From assembly GCA_023251395.1 (NCBI GenBank), contig JAHEYW010000004.1:1-43090 (forward strand): a stretch of DNA of 43,090 nt. The letters are read 5' to 3'. The translations under genes and the position numbers were made by a program. Shown piece after piece: positions 1 through 8,798 of this stretch; position 1 is the first letter of the stretch, and each line of letters starts with the position of its first letter. The stretch comes from Bacteroidales bacterium. Its GTDB lineage: Bacteria > Bacteroidota > Bacteroidia > Bacteroidales > VadinHA17. The notes below the pieces were generated by a model, which was given only the letters and a program-made list of their open reading frames with translations, was not told the DNA's origin and did not search any database.

Positions 1-42
1 CTCATAATCAGGGGGTCGCTGGATCGTGCCCAGCTGGGCCCA
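1..42 (+). tRNA. 3' portion of a tRNA-like gene cut by the window edge (anticodon loop CTCATAA, anticodon CAT, Met-type)
   Basis: Read by hand: loop CTCATAA (1-7), anticodon-stem 3' arm TCAGG, variable loop GGGTC. T-stem GCTGG/CCAGC (18-22 / 30-34) encloses a 7-nt loop ATCGTGC. Acceptor 3' arm TGGGCCC, then discriminator A. A hairpin plus T-run follows. The T-loop is non-canonical (A54/T58 rather than T54/A58) and the 5' half lies outside the window. Confidence 0.45.
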
Positions 43-55
43 CCCACAAAATCAA

Positions 56-90
56 AGAGTTACAACTTCAAAAATTGTGACTCTTTTTTT
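56..90 (+). terminator. Rho-independent terminator-like hairpin after the tRNA-like end
   Basis: AGAGTTACAA (56-65) pairs with TTGTGACTCT (75-84) with one G:T wobble. The loop is 9 nt and a run of 7 T follows. Confidence 0.6.
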
Positions 91-956
91 ATGCGCCAAT
101 TTTGCGCCAGGTTCTGGACAAGAATGAGGCGTTTTGACCCTGTTGATTCCGTAATCAGTAGAAAAATGATAAGATTAACATGTAAAGATTCAGTTAAATA
201 AAAATAACAATTACCTGTTTTAAAATTTCTGGTACTAGGTTTACGCCAGATTTTTGATGAACGACAAGGATTATTTGTTTTAAACTACCTCCCTTTCAGA
301 TTATAGGAGGTTTACTTAAATCTTTTAAACTCTATTTATTCTGGGACAGAATAATAACTTCCTTTTAAAAAATTGTGCATCCTATTTTTGTCGACTTTTT
401 TAACTAATTTGGTCAAAATCAAGATTAAATGATATGGAAGACAAAATTTTTGTAAAGGACAATACTTTTATAGAATCAAGAAATTACAAAGTTTAAGAAC
501 GTTCTTCCAAAGAAATTGTTTATAATACTGAGTTTAATTTGCTGAAACATTTCAGTTATTATATTTAACCCGGTACTAAAAGAGTTAGGACCGAAGGTAA
601 AAACTCGGATTTACTGGCATTTATTAATCCAGAGAAGAGCCTTGTGATAATAATTGGGAACAAAGAAAATGCCGGAAGGGAAACAAATATTAAGATTGGG
701 AAGAAATCCCGGAGTATTTCCCTTAAACCTCATTAATTCAATACGCTTAAAATAAATATATACTGATCGACTCGGTTATGCCTGACTGGCCAGAACGGTT
801 CTATTATGAGCCTATCCTCTGATCAGGGGACCTGTTTGTTTGAATCTTTGAACACACTAACAAAATGGCAGTCTGTCATTTAAAAACAGCCGTATATCCA
901 TTTTATTCTTGCCTGATTTCTTCCTGACCTACTTTTACATCAAAATAATTTAAGAA

Positions 957-2279
957 TTGATGAAAAGAACAGGTTTGTTTATTGTTTTATTATTCCTCTG
1001 TATATGTCAGGCGATTAATGCTCAACAGAATAAATTATGGACATTACAGGAGTGTATTGAACATGCGTTAGATCAAAATATTCAGATCCGGAAAAACCTC
1101 TTGACAAATGACAGATCGAGGATCAATGCCGGCCAAGCAAAAGCCCAGAGATTTCCATCGGCAAGCGCTTCAATAAACCAGAATTTCAACTGGAGCCAGA
1201 GCTCAGGAACCGGTAGTTCAGGATTGACAGGATCAAACGGATCGAATTATTCAGTGAACTCCGGCATAACTTTGTATAACGGGTCCCGGATAAATAACTC
1301 CATAAAACAGGCAGAACTGAATATTGAAAGCGGAAACCTTTCACTTGAAACCATAAAAGAATCGATTACTCTGAATATTTTAAATGCATTTGTACAGGTT
1401 CTGTATGCCGAAGAGCAGGCTAAAAATTCGATGAAACAGATTGAGTCAACCACTCAGCAGCTTAATCTGGCAAAAGAGAGGCTGGCACTTCAGATTATTT
1501 CGCAATCAGATTATTCACAGGTTAAGTCACAGCTAGCTACTGAAAAACTCACACTGGCCAATTCAGAAAGTCAGCTGGCTCTTGCAAAAGTAAACCTGAT
1601 GCAGCTGATGGACCTGCCTGTAGAAGCGAATTTCAATATCTCACATCCTGATCTGGGGGACAACTTAAATCAGAATCGGGTTACTGATGTAAAGTCCTTA
1701 TTTGAAACATCTCTTCTTATCAAACCACAGATAAAATATGCCGCCGTAAATAAAACGATAGCATCTTATGATGAAAAAATTGCACGTGCAGGGTATTTTC
1801 CGTCTTTATCCGCCAGTGCCGGTGTAAGCTCGGCTTTTACCGGTCAGTCAACAGATCTGTATTTTACACAAATAAGTAATCAGATAAGACCGGCACTTGG
1901 TTTTACTCTTTCAATTCCGGTATATCAGAAAAAACAGGTTAAGACAAGTATTGCTCTTGCTAAAATAGGATATGACGATGCAAGATTGAGCGAGACCGAT
2001 ACTAAAAACCAGTTAAGAAAGAATATAGAACAGGCCTGTCAGGATGTAACCTCAGCCCAGACTGAATATGAGGCAAGTCTTGAGAAATACAAAGCTACAC
2101 TGGAGGCATTATCCCTTTCAGAAGAAAAATTCAAACAGGGTTTTATCAATTCTGTTGATTATATGGTTTCAAAGACTAATCTGATTGTTGCTGAAAGTAA
2201 TCTGCTTCAATCAAAATTCAAACTTATTTTCAGCTATAAAGTCCTTGACTTTTATTCAGGAATTCCTTTATCATTTTAA
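957..2279 (+). CDS. TolC-family outer-membrane efflux protein
   Basis: N-terminal signal peptide (LLFLCICQAINAQ). Start of mature protein LWTLQECIEHALDQNIQI is typical of OEP family. Two-repeat coiled architecture. First gene of an operon with an adaptor and ABC pump. Confidence 0.85.
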   Translation: MMKRTGLFIVLLFLCICQAINAQQNKLWTLQECIEHALDQNIQIRKNLLTNDRSRINAGQAKAQRFPSASASINQNFNWSQSSGTGSSGLTGSNGSNYSVNSGITLYNGSRINNSIKQAELNIESGNLSLETIKESITLNILNAFVQVLYAEEQAKNSMKQIESTTQQLNLAKERLALQIISQSDYSQVKSQLATEKLTLANSESQLALAKVNLMQLMDLPVEANFNISHPDLGDNLNQNRVTDVKSLFETSLLIKPQIKYAAVNKTIASYDEKIARAGYFPSLSASAGVSSAFTGQSTDLYFTQISNQIRPALGFTLSIPVYQKKQVKTSIALAKIGYDDARLSETDTKNQLRKNIEQACQDVTSAQTEYEASLEKYKATLEALSLSEEKFKQGFINSVDYMVSKTNLIVAESNLLQSKFKLIFSYKVLDFYSGIPLSF

Positions 2280-2300
2280 TGCGTAAAAAAATTTCAGATT

Positions 2301-3488
2301 ATGAGAAATAAAGTAATAATAATTGGCACTTTGCTGGTAATATTGGTATCGGCATTTCTTATCATTAAGCCATCAGGTAAAAAAGAGACTGCTCTCACCT
2401 TCGAAACCGTAAGGGTCAAAAAGGACAACATAACCAACGCTGTGACCGCCACCGGAACAATCCAGGCGATAAGGACCGTTAATGTAGGCACGCAGGTATC
2501 CGGGATTCTTCAAAACATTTATGTGGATTTCAACGATGTTGTCCATAAAGGTCAGGTGCTTGCCAGGCTTGATGAGACTCCGCTTAAGACACAGCTTGAC
2601 CAAAGCCAGTCACAGGTCGATCAGTCTCAGGCGCAACTTAATCTGAATGCATCTACCTTCGAGAGATTGAAACCTTTGTATGAAAAACAACTTATTGCTA
2701 AATCAGATTATGATCAGGCTCTGTTTAATTATGAGAACTCAAAGGCATCGCTAAGCAACGCCAGATCTGGATTGGCAAGAGCTCAGGTAAACCTTAACTA
2801 TGCAACAATTACCTCGCCAATAAATGGAGTGGTTTTAAACCGTGCCGTGGAGGAAGGCCAGACCGTTGCTGCAAGCTTCAGTACTCCCACACTATTCACC
2901 ATTGTAAACGATCTGACTCAGATGGAAGTACAGACTAGTGTTGATGAAGCGGATATAGGCAAGATACAGCAGGGACAGCGGGTGGAGTTTACCGTTGATG
3001 CATATCCTGATATGAAATTCGAAGCATCAGTTTCGCAGGTCCGTCTTCAACCGGTAACCACTAATAATGTAGTTACATATGTGGTAATTTTAAGAGCTCC
3101 TAATCCGGATAAAAATCTGATGCCCGGAATGACTGCCAGTGCGACCATCTATGTGCAGGAAAAAAAGAATGCCCTCACTCTTTCAGGTAAGGCAGTAAGG
3201 TTTACTCCCGATTCATTGTACCTGAAAAAAATGACACAGGGACTTCCACCTTCAGGTACGGAATCCTTACCAGTGAAAGGTGAACCAAAAACAAAAACTA
3301 TCTGGCTAAAAGATGAAAAAATGGGATTACGTCCTGGTCTGGTTAAGATCGGGATCGACAACGGTAATGATGTCGAAGTTCTTTCAGGATTGAAAGAGGG
3401 GGATGAAGTAGTTATTTCAGCAAATAACTCCCAGGTGAAAAAAAGTACAAGAAGAAGTAATAATGAAGGACCTCCAATGATGTTTTAA
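2301..3488 (+). CDS. HlyD/MacA-type periplasmic efflux adaptor
   Basis: N-terminal TM anchor. Lipoyl-like motif [26 protein letters not shown], a coiled hairpin, and the second lipoyl half [20 protein letters not shown]. Confidence 0.85.
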   Translation: MRNKVIIIGTLLVILVSAFLIIKPSGKKETALTFETVRVKKDNITNAVTATGTIQAIRTVNVGTQVSGILQNIYVDFNDVVHKGQVLARLDETPLKTQLDQSQSQVDQSQAQLNLNASTFERLKPLYEKQLIAKSDYDQALFNYENSKASLSNARSGLARAQVNLNYATITSPINGVVLNRAVEEGQTVAASFSTPTLFTIVNDLTQMEVQTSVDEADIGKIQQGQRVEFTVDAYPDMKFEASVSQVRLQPVTTNNVVTYVVILRAPNPDKNLMPGMTASATIYVQEKKNALTLSGKAVRFTPDSLYLKKMTQGLPPSGTESLPVKGEPKTKTIWLKDEKMGLRPGLVKIGIDNGNDVEVLSGLKEGDEVVISANNSQVKKSTRRSNNEGPPMMF

Positions 3489-3523
3489 TCAACAACTGTA
3501 TCAGTAATTCCAATACCAGGATA

Positions 3524-4282
3524 ATGAAGAATACTATAATTGAAATAAAGAATCTCCGGAAGGAATATCATGTAGGCGAGGTAACCGTTCATGCCCTGAG
3601 GGGTGTCAATCTTAAAATTGAGGATGGGGAATTCGTGGCGATAATGGGTGTCAGCGGATCAGGTAAATCAACTATGCTGAATATTCTCGGATGTCTCGAT
3701 AAACCAACTCACGGAGATTATATTCTCGACGGGACAGATGTTAAGTCTATGAATAAGGATGAAACTGCACGGCTGCGCAACAGGAAGCTTGGATTTGTAT
3801 TTCAGTCCTATAACTTACTTGCCAGGACAACTGCTCTTGAGAATGTTGAACTTCCTTTGTTTTATAATCCAAAGGTGAGATCTAAAGAGCGCAAGAAAAG
3901 AGCATTAGCGGCTCTTGAGGCTGTCGGACTTTCCGATCGCAAGCACCATATGCCCAATCAATTATCGGGTGGACAGCAACAGCGGGTTGCAATAGCCCGG
4001 TCGCTGGTTAACGATCCGGTACTTATTCTGGCTGATGAGCCCACAGGAAACCTCGACACACGAACCTCGTATGAAATAATGGACCTGTTCCAGACATTAA
4101 ATGAACAGGGAAGAACCATTTTGTTTGTTACTCATGAGGCTGATATTGCACGATTTGCTACACGAAACGTCATATTCCGCGATGGCAGGATATTGCGTGA
4201 AAACCTGGTGAACGACAGGCTAAATGCAAAAAATATGCTCTTAAACCTGCCTGTGGAAAATTATGATGAAATCGAATTATAA
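3524..4282 (+). CDS. ABC transporter ATP-binding protein (MacB/LolD-like)
   Basis: Walker [10 protein letters not shown], signature LSGGQQQR, Walker [14 protein letters not shown]-loop VTHE. Confidence 0.92.
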   Translation: MKNTIIEIKNLRKEYHVGEVTVHALRGVNLKIEDGEFVAIMGVSGSGKSTMLNILGCLDKPTHGDYILDGTDVKSMNKDETARLRNRKLGFVFQSYNLLARTTALENVELPLFYNPKVRSKERKKRALAALEAVGLSDRKHHMPNQLSGGQQQRVAIARSLVNDPVLILADEPTGNLDTRTSYEIMDLFQTLNEQGRTILFVTHEADIARFATRNVIFRDGRILRENLVNDRLNAKNMLLNLPVENYDEIEL

Positions 4283-4290
4283 AATCGAAA

Positions 4291-5511
4291 ATGAACTACT
4301 CAAATCTATTCAGAATAGCCATCAGGGCTTTGATAAGGAATAAGCTCAGGGCATTCCTTACCATGCTGGGTATTATCATTGGTGTAGCCTCTGTAATAGC
4401 CATGCTGGCAATTGGTGAAGGTTCAAAAGTGAATATTACAAAAGAGATGTCGGGCATGGGAACTAATATGGTTATGGTTATGCCCAATATGCAAAGAAGA
4501 GGAGGCGTAAGCCTGGGCGCCTCAAGCTCAATGGTTTTAAAATATTCTGATGTTGAAGCAATTCGTTCCGAGGCGTCCTCCGTTGCAGCCGTATCTCCCG
4601 AGGTCAGAGCGAACGGACAGATAATATATGGTAATCAAAATACTCAGACCACTATTTACGGGGTCAGTGAAGATTATCTTAAAATCAGGAAACTTGAGAT
4701 ATTAAGCGGAAGGATATTTAATTATTCCGAACTGAAATCAATGTCAAAAGTCTGCATTCTTGGTCAGACAGTTATTGAAAACCTTTTTGGTGCTGGTGCA
4801 AATCCCGTGGGACTTAGTATAAGAATAAAAAATATACCATTCATTATTATCGGCATCCTTAAGGATAAGGGGGAAAGCGGTATGGGTCAGGACCAGGATG
4901 ATCTGATTCTGGCCCCGTATTCCACTGTGCAGCGACGGCTTGCAGCAATAGATTATATAAATGGGATATATGCTTCCGCAGTAACTGAAGACCAAAGTGC
5001 AGAAGCTATTTCGGAAATTACCGGGGTGCTTCGCAGGACTCATAAACTAAAAGAAACGCAGGAGGATGATTTCAGGGTGATGTCGCAGTCAGAACTGATA
5101 TCAACAGTATCAAGTATTACGAGTATTCTGACAATTCTTCTTGGAGCGATTGCCGGTATCTCTTTGCTGGTAGGGGGTATTGGAATTATGAATATCATGT
5201 TCGTCTCTGTAACTGAACGTACAAGGGAAATTGGCCTCAGAATGTCGATTGGAGGCCGGGGCAGGGATATTCTTATGCAGTTCCTGGTAGAATCAATCAT
5301 GTTAAGTACCCTTGGTGGCGCTCTCGGTGTAGTCTTTGGCTATCTTATAGCAAGGGGAGCAGGATCATTAATTAATATCCCACCGGTAATTAAAGTCCAG
5401 ACCGTTATTCTCGCTTTTACTGTCTGCTTCGCTATCGGCGTTTTTTTTGGATGGTATCCCGCGCGAAAAGCAGCCAATCTAAATCCCATAGATGCTCTCA
5501 GGTATGAATAA
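4291..5511 (+). CDS. ABC transporter permease, MacB_PCD + FtsX domains
   Basis: N-terminal TM, then a periplasmic domain. C-terminal FtsX motif TERTREIGLRMSIGGRGRDILMQFLVES and a C-terminal NPIDALRYE. Confidence 0.9.
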   Translation: MNYSNLFRIAIRALIRNKLRAFLTMLGIIIGVASVIAMLAIGEGSKVNITKEMSGMGTNMVMVMPNMQRRGGVSLGASSSMVLKYSDVEAIRSEASSVAAVSPEVRANGQIIYGNQNTQTTIYGVSEDYLKIRKLEILSGRIFNYSELKSMSKVCILGQTVIENLFGAGANPVGLSIRIKNIPFIIIGILKDKGESGMGQDQDDLILAPYSTVQRRLAAIDYINGIYASAVTEDQSAEAISEITGVLRRTHKLKETQEDDFRVMSQSELISTVSSITSILTILLGAIAGISLLVGGIGIMNIMFVSVTERTREIGLRMSIGGRGRDILMQFLVESIMLSTLGGALGVVFGYLIARGAGSLINIPPVIKVQTVILAFTVCFAIGVFFGWYPARKAANLNPIDALRYE

Positions 5512-5584
5512 TTTAAAGGAATAAACTAAATTTGAAATCAGTTAACATTCATTGATCCAAAGCAACAAGACAAATTTCCACGGA

Positions 5585-6685
5585 ATGAATACTCCTTTAC
5601 TTATCAGAAATAAAACCAAGATATTTTTACATGTGCTGGGATGGACAATACTTCTTGGTTTACCGCTGTACTTCAGCAAAAGCTGGCAGGTCGGGAATGA
5701 TTTTCTGTGGATTGTCTTTTGCAATACTATTATATACGGAATAATCTTCTATACAAATTTTTTTATTCTGGTTCCCTGGTTTTTTTATAGGAACAGAAGA
5801 GTTAGTTACTTTATACTGTCGCTGTTATTGCTGGTCTCACTTTATTTTGTGACTGACATTACAAATAAAGTTGTCATCGAACATGTTACAGTCAGCCAGG
5901 CTGCTCAGATTAAAAATTATTCTCCGGACAATCCCGGCAATGATAATAAACAAGGGCCAACATACAGGGATGTTCAGCTTTTCAGGTACGGATTCACTTC
6001 ATTGTTTTTCATTTTCCTTTCCATGGGCATAAGAGTTGTCGAACGTCAGTCGCAGATAGAAAAATTTCAGAAAGAACTGGAAAAGGAGAAGCTTAACTCA
6101 GAGCTTGCCATGCTGAAAAACCAGATCAGTCCTCATTTTTTCTTCAATACACTAAATAATATATATTCACTTATAAGTATAAACGCATCAGATGCAAAAG
6201 TTGCAGTATTAAAACTTTCAAAGATGATGCGCTATATGCTCTATGATTCGGAAAACGGGAGTTGCAGATTAAGCAGTGAAATAGAATTCATGAGTAGCTA
6301 CATCGATCTTATGAAACTGAGAATGAATGATAAGATCAGGCTTTCGGTCTCATTTCCTGATAAATTTGACGATTTAAACATACCACCGCTTCTCTTTATT
6401 CCATTCATCGAAAATGCGTTTAAGCATGGAATAACCAATCGCAGAAAATCATTCATTGATATAAAACTGTATATCGATAATGGTTCTATTAATTTCACCT
6501 GTATAAACAGCATCGGAAATGGCATTGTAGAAACCAGTTCAGAAACCTCGGGTATCGGTCTTGAGAATGTGAGCAAACGACTGAACCTTCTTTTTCCAGG
6601 CAAGCATTCACTAAAAATCAATAAAACCGAAGATACTTTTGAAATCCTTTTGAATATTGTACCGGAAATATTACTGTCCGGGTAG
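5585..6685 (+). CDS. LytS/YehU-type sensor histidine kinase (multi-TM N-terminus, His_kinase + HATPase)
   Basis: Motif NQISPHFFFNTLNNIYSLI (PF06580-type H-box). C-terminal ATPase-like region with IPFIENAFKHG and SGIGLENV. I chose the ATG at 5585; the ORF track starts at an upstream TTG (5552). Confidence 0.85.
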   Translation: MNTPLLIRNKTKIFLHVLGWTILLGLPLYFSKSWQVGNDFLWIVFCNTIIYGIIFYTNFFILVPWFFYRNRRVSYFILSLLLLVSLYFVTDITNKVVIEHVTVSQAAQIKNYSPDNPGNDNKQGPTYRDVQLFRYGFTSLFFIFLSMGIRVVERQSQIEKFQKELEKEKLNSELAMLKNQISPHFFFNTLNNIYSLISINASDAKVAVLKLSKMMRYMLYDSENGSCRLSSEIEFMSSYIDLMKLRMNDKIRLSVSFPDKFDDLNIPPLLFIPFIENAFKHGITNRRKSFIDIKLYIDNGSINFTCINSIGNGIVETSSETSGIGLENVSKRLNLLFPGKHSLKINKTEDTFEILLNIVPEILLSG

Positions 6686-6774
6686 AATTCCTCATATATA
6701 AGCGGTTCTGGCCTGACAAATTATTGAAATCAAATTATTTATATAATTATCTGACCCTTTATTCACACACAGAA

Positions 6775-7272
6775 ATGAAAAATTTAAATCTTATTGGAAA
6801 CAGGAAACTTATAGTTATTTCTTGTTTATTGTTGCTCTCTGTGGGAATATTTGCCCAGGCAAATTTCTCAGGTACATGGAGCCTTAATGAATCGAAAAGT
6901 AAATTTGGCGACAGCCAGTTCCGGATTGCTGCTACCACCATGACAGTTACACAGGCCGCTAATAATCTGACTGTTGAGAGTATTATGGCAGGACCTGACG
7001 GAGAGATGAAAACGTCGGCAAAGTATTCTCTGGATGGCCAGGCAACAGAAAATACCGGTTTTATGGATATGAAGTCCAAATCTGTCGTAGCCTGGTCAGC
7101 TGATAAAACTTCAATTGTCATTTCTACGACTATGAGTATGGATGGAAACGAATTCAAAACAACCCAAACATGGAAACTTGCAGAGAATGGCAAAGTATTA
7201 ATAAACGATCAGAGTATGCCCTCTCAGGATGGAGGAGAAATGAAAACCACAGCAGCATACGACAAGAAATAA
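6775..7272 (+). CDS. Small secreted protein, probably a lipocalin-like beta-barrel, encoded between the kinase and the regulator
   Basis: Signal peptide LIVISCLLLLSVGIFAQA, then FSGTWSLNESKSKFG and an alternating beta-strand pattern. Start moved to the ATG at 6775. The family assignment is only a guess. Confidence 0.6.
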   Translation: MKNLNLIGNRKLIVISCLLLLSVGIFAQANFSGTWSLNESKSKFGDSQFRIAATTMTVTQAANNLTVESIMAGPDGEMKTSAKYSLDGQATENTGFMDMKSKSVVAWSADKTSIVISTTMSMDGNEFKTTQTWKLAENGKVLINDQSMPSQDGGEMKTTAAYDKK

Positions 7273-7335
7273 TTCTGAGAATTTTTAAAAGGGGTTGTCT
7301 GTAAGCCCCTTTTATTTTCTTTTTTGTGTCCTCAA

Positions 7336-8052
7336 ATGATGATAACCACTATTGCTATAGACGACGAACCTCTTGCTCTGCAACTTGTTACAGACTATAT
7401 TGCGAAAACACCAGGGCTTAAGCTCCTGGGAAAATTCGACAATCCCCTGGAAGCAGCTGACTTTATTGCAAAAACAATAGTTGACCTCATTTTTGTGGAT
7501 ATCCAGATGCCTGATATTTCCGGCATTGAATTTACCAGATCACTTGAAAAGGGACCCAAGGTGATATTCACTACAGCTTTTGAAAAATATGCCATAGAGG
7601 GTTATAAGCTTGAGATCGTTGATTACCTTTTAAAACCTTTCAGCTATGAAGAGTTTTTGACCGCTTTACGGAAAGCGCAGAAGATGATAAAACTGGAGCA
7701 AAGAGAATTAAATAAAATTGAAGCAAACAATGAATTTCTCTTTCTCAAGTCGGATTACAAAATAAAACGTATCAATTTTAATGATATCCTTTACATCGAA
7801 GGACTAAAAGACTATGTAAAGGTATATCTGCACAATGTTGGGAAACCTGTCCTTTCCATCTCCTCCCTGAAACTTCTTGAATCCAAATTACCTCCTGAAA
7901 AATTCATGAGAGTCCACCGCTCATTTATCGTAAATCTTGAAAAAATTGATACAATTGACCGGAGCAGGATTGTTTTTGGGAAAGAATATATTCCTGTAAG
8001 CGATCAGTATAAGGTCAGATTTCAAGAATTCCTTGATAAGAACTTTCTATAA
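7336..8052 (+). CDS. LytTR-family response regulator
   Basis: Receiver motifs IAIDDEP, DIQMPDISG, LLKPF. C-terminal LytTR motif FMRVHRSFIVNLEKI. Confidence 0.9.
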   Translation: MMITTIAIDDEPLALQLVTDYIAKTPGLKLLGKFDNPLEAADFIAKTIVDLIFVDIQMPDISGIEFTRSLEKGPKVIFTTAFEKYAIEGYKLEIVDYLLKPFSYEEFLTALRKAQKMIKLEQRELNKIEANNEFLFLKSDYKIKRINFNDILYIEGLKDYVKVYLHNVGKPVLSISSLKLLESKLPPEKFMRVHRSFIVNLEKIDTIDRSRIVFGKEYIPVSDQYKVRFQEFLDKNFL

Positions 8053-8054
8053 TC

Positions 8055-8297
8055 TCACCTTTCTATACGCATGTGTATTGGTCTCTTCAGCCTAAAGAGG
8101 TCTTCGGGGTTTGTAATTTTAATATTTTCTATGTTGCCCTCAACCGGGTGGATCTTTTCCCCTGTCTTTTCAAGGAACATGGTATCATCTGTTAAAGATG
8201 GATCAAGGTTCTGCAGATAAGCGTTTTTAATTTTAGCCACATCAAAAACCCGCGGTGTCTGATGCAAAAGCCTGACGCATTGACCACATTTGGCCGG
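8055..8297 (-). pseudogene. ispD: C-terminal remnant of IspD (2-C-methyl-D-erythritol 4-phosphate cytidylyltransferase)
   Basis: QTPRVF ... LTDDTMFLEKTGEKIHPVEGNIENIKITNPEDLFRL matches the conserved IspD C-terminal third (QTPQ.F ... TDD/E.S..E ... V.G...N.K.T.PEDL). The frame is closed by TGA at 8298-8300. I found no IspD-like sequence upstream of that stop in that frame; the other frames were not checked. Confidence 0.65.
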
Positions 8298-8530
8298 TCA
8301 GTTTGTAAATCGCATAAATTATTAAAAACCAAAAATATAGCTCTGGCTATTAGTGGTCAATGAATTCGGGCCAGAAATGGTTAAGGCAGCTGGCTTTTCC
8401 ATTTATACTTTTTCTTCGATGGAAATATTTAAATATTGCTTTGAAAACTGGTGCCCGTCTTGGTGCCAGTATTTATGAAAATAAGTGATAAACAGTGAAA
8501 TATTTTATACAATCCCAAAACCTAAATCAA

Positions 8531-8560
8531 AGTGGTACAAACCAGTACAAATCAGTGTAA
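8531..8560 (+). repeat. Three tandem 10-bp units (AGTGGTACAA / ACCAGTACAA / ATCAGTGTAA)
   Basis: Read directly from the sequence. The units sit 25 nt to the left of the second tRNA-like fragment. Confidence 0.6.
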
Positions 8561-8584
8561 GTGTTTAAATAACAGATGACTTCA

Positions 8585-8627
8585 CTCATAATCAGGGGGT
8601 CGGGGGATCGTGCCCAGCTGGGCCCAC
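8585..8627 (+). repeat. Second, 5'-truncated copy of the tRNA-like 3' fragment (direct repeat of positions 1-43)
   Basis: 41 of 43 positions are identical to 1-43. Both differences (GCTGG to GGGGG) fall in the T-stem and break two pairs. There is no matching anticodon-stem 5' arm or acceptor 5' arm upstream, so this is not a complete tRNA. Confidence 0.8.
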
Positions 8628-8630
8628 TTA

Positions 8631-8676
8631 AAAAAGAGCGAGAGTGAGAGCGAGAGCGAGCACATCGCTCTTTTTT
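8631..8676 (+). terminator. Terminator-like hairpin with T-run inside a GA/CT-rich low-complexity stretch
   Basis: AAAAAGAGCGA (8631-8641) pairs with TCGCTCTTTTT (8665-8675). An alternative tighter stem is GAGCG/CGCTC. T6 runs from 8671 to 8676. Confidence 0.4.
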
Positions 8677-8798
8677 CTCAATACTCACTCTCACACTCAC
8701 ACTTATTCTTCCGGCGCCAGGTTTAGATAAGACCGGTTTTACTATTTTTGTCATCTCCGGGTCGTAATGAGATTCGAATCTGAACTGATTTTATAACA

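Noticed and set aside
6690-6712. A single TAAGCGGT, which is a half of the LytTR-box unit, lies between the first kinase and the small secreted protein gene. GGTTCTGG-type 8-mers also occur at 109, 6705 and, as a reverse complement with one mismatch, near 790.
   Set aside because: Only an 8-mer matches, and about one occurrence is expected by chance in a window this size on two strands. There is no partner repeat at 20 bp, and the orientation is opposite to the downstream gene.
8636-8705. A GAGCGAGAG / CTCACTCTC low-complexity stretch superficially resembles short repeats or a CRISPR-like pattern.
   Set aside because: There is no repeat-spacer periodicity. It is better explained as the arms of imperfect hairpins in a terminator-like region.
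8527-8754. A 75-aa minus-strand ORF spans the tRNA fragment and the GA-rich hairpin region.
   Set aside because: Its translation is low-complexity (SRSHSRS, VSVSVRVS). It overlaps the repeat and terminator structures and has no family motif, so it is almost certainly spurious.
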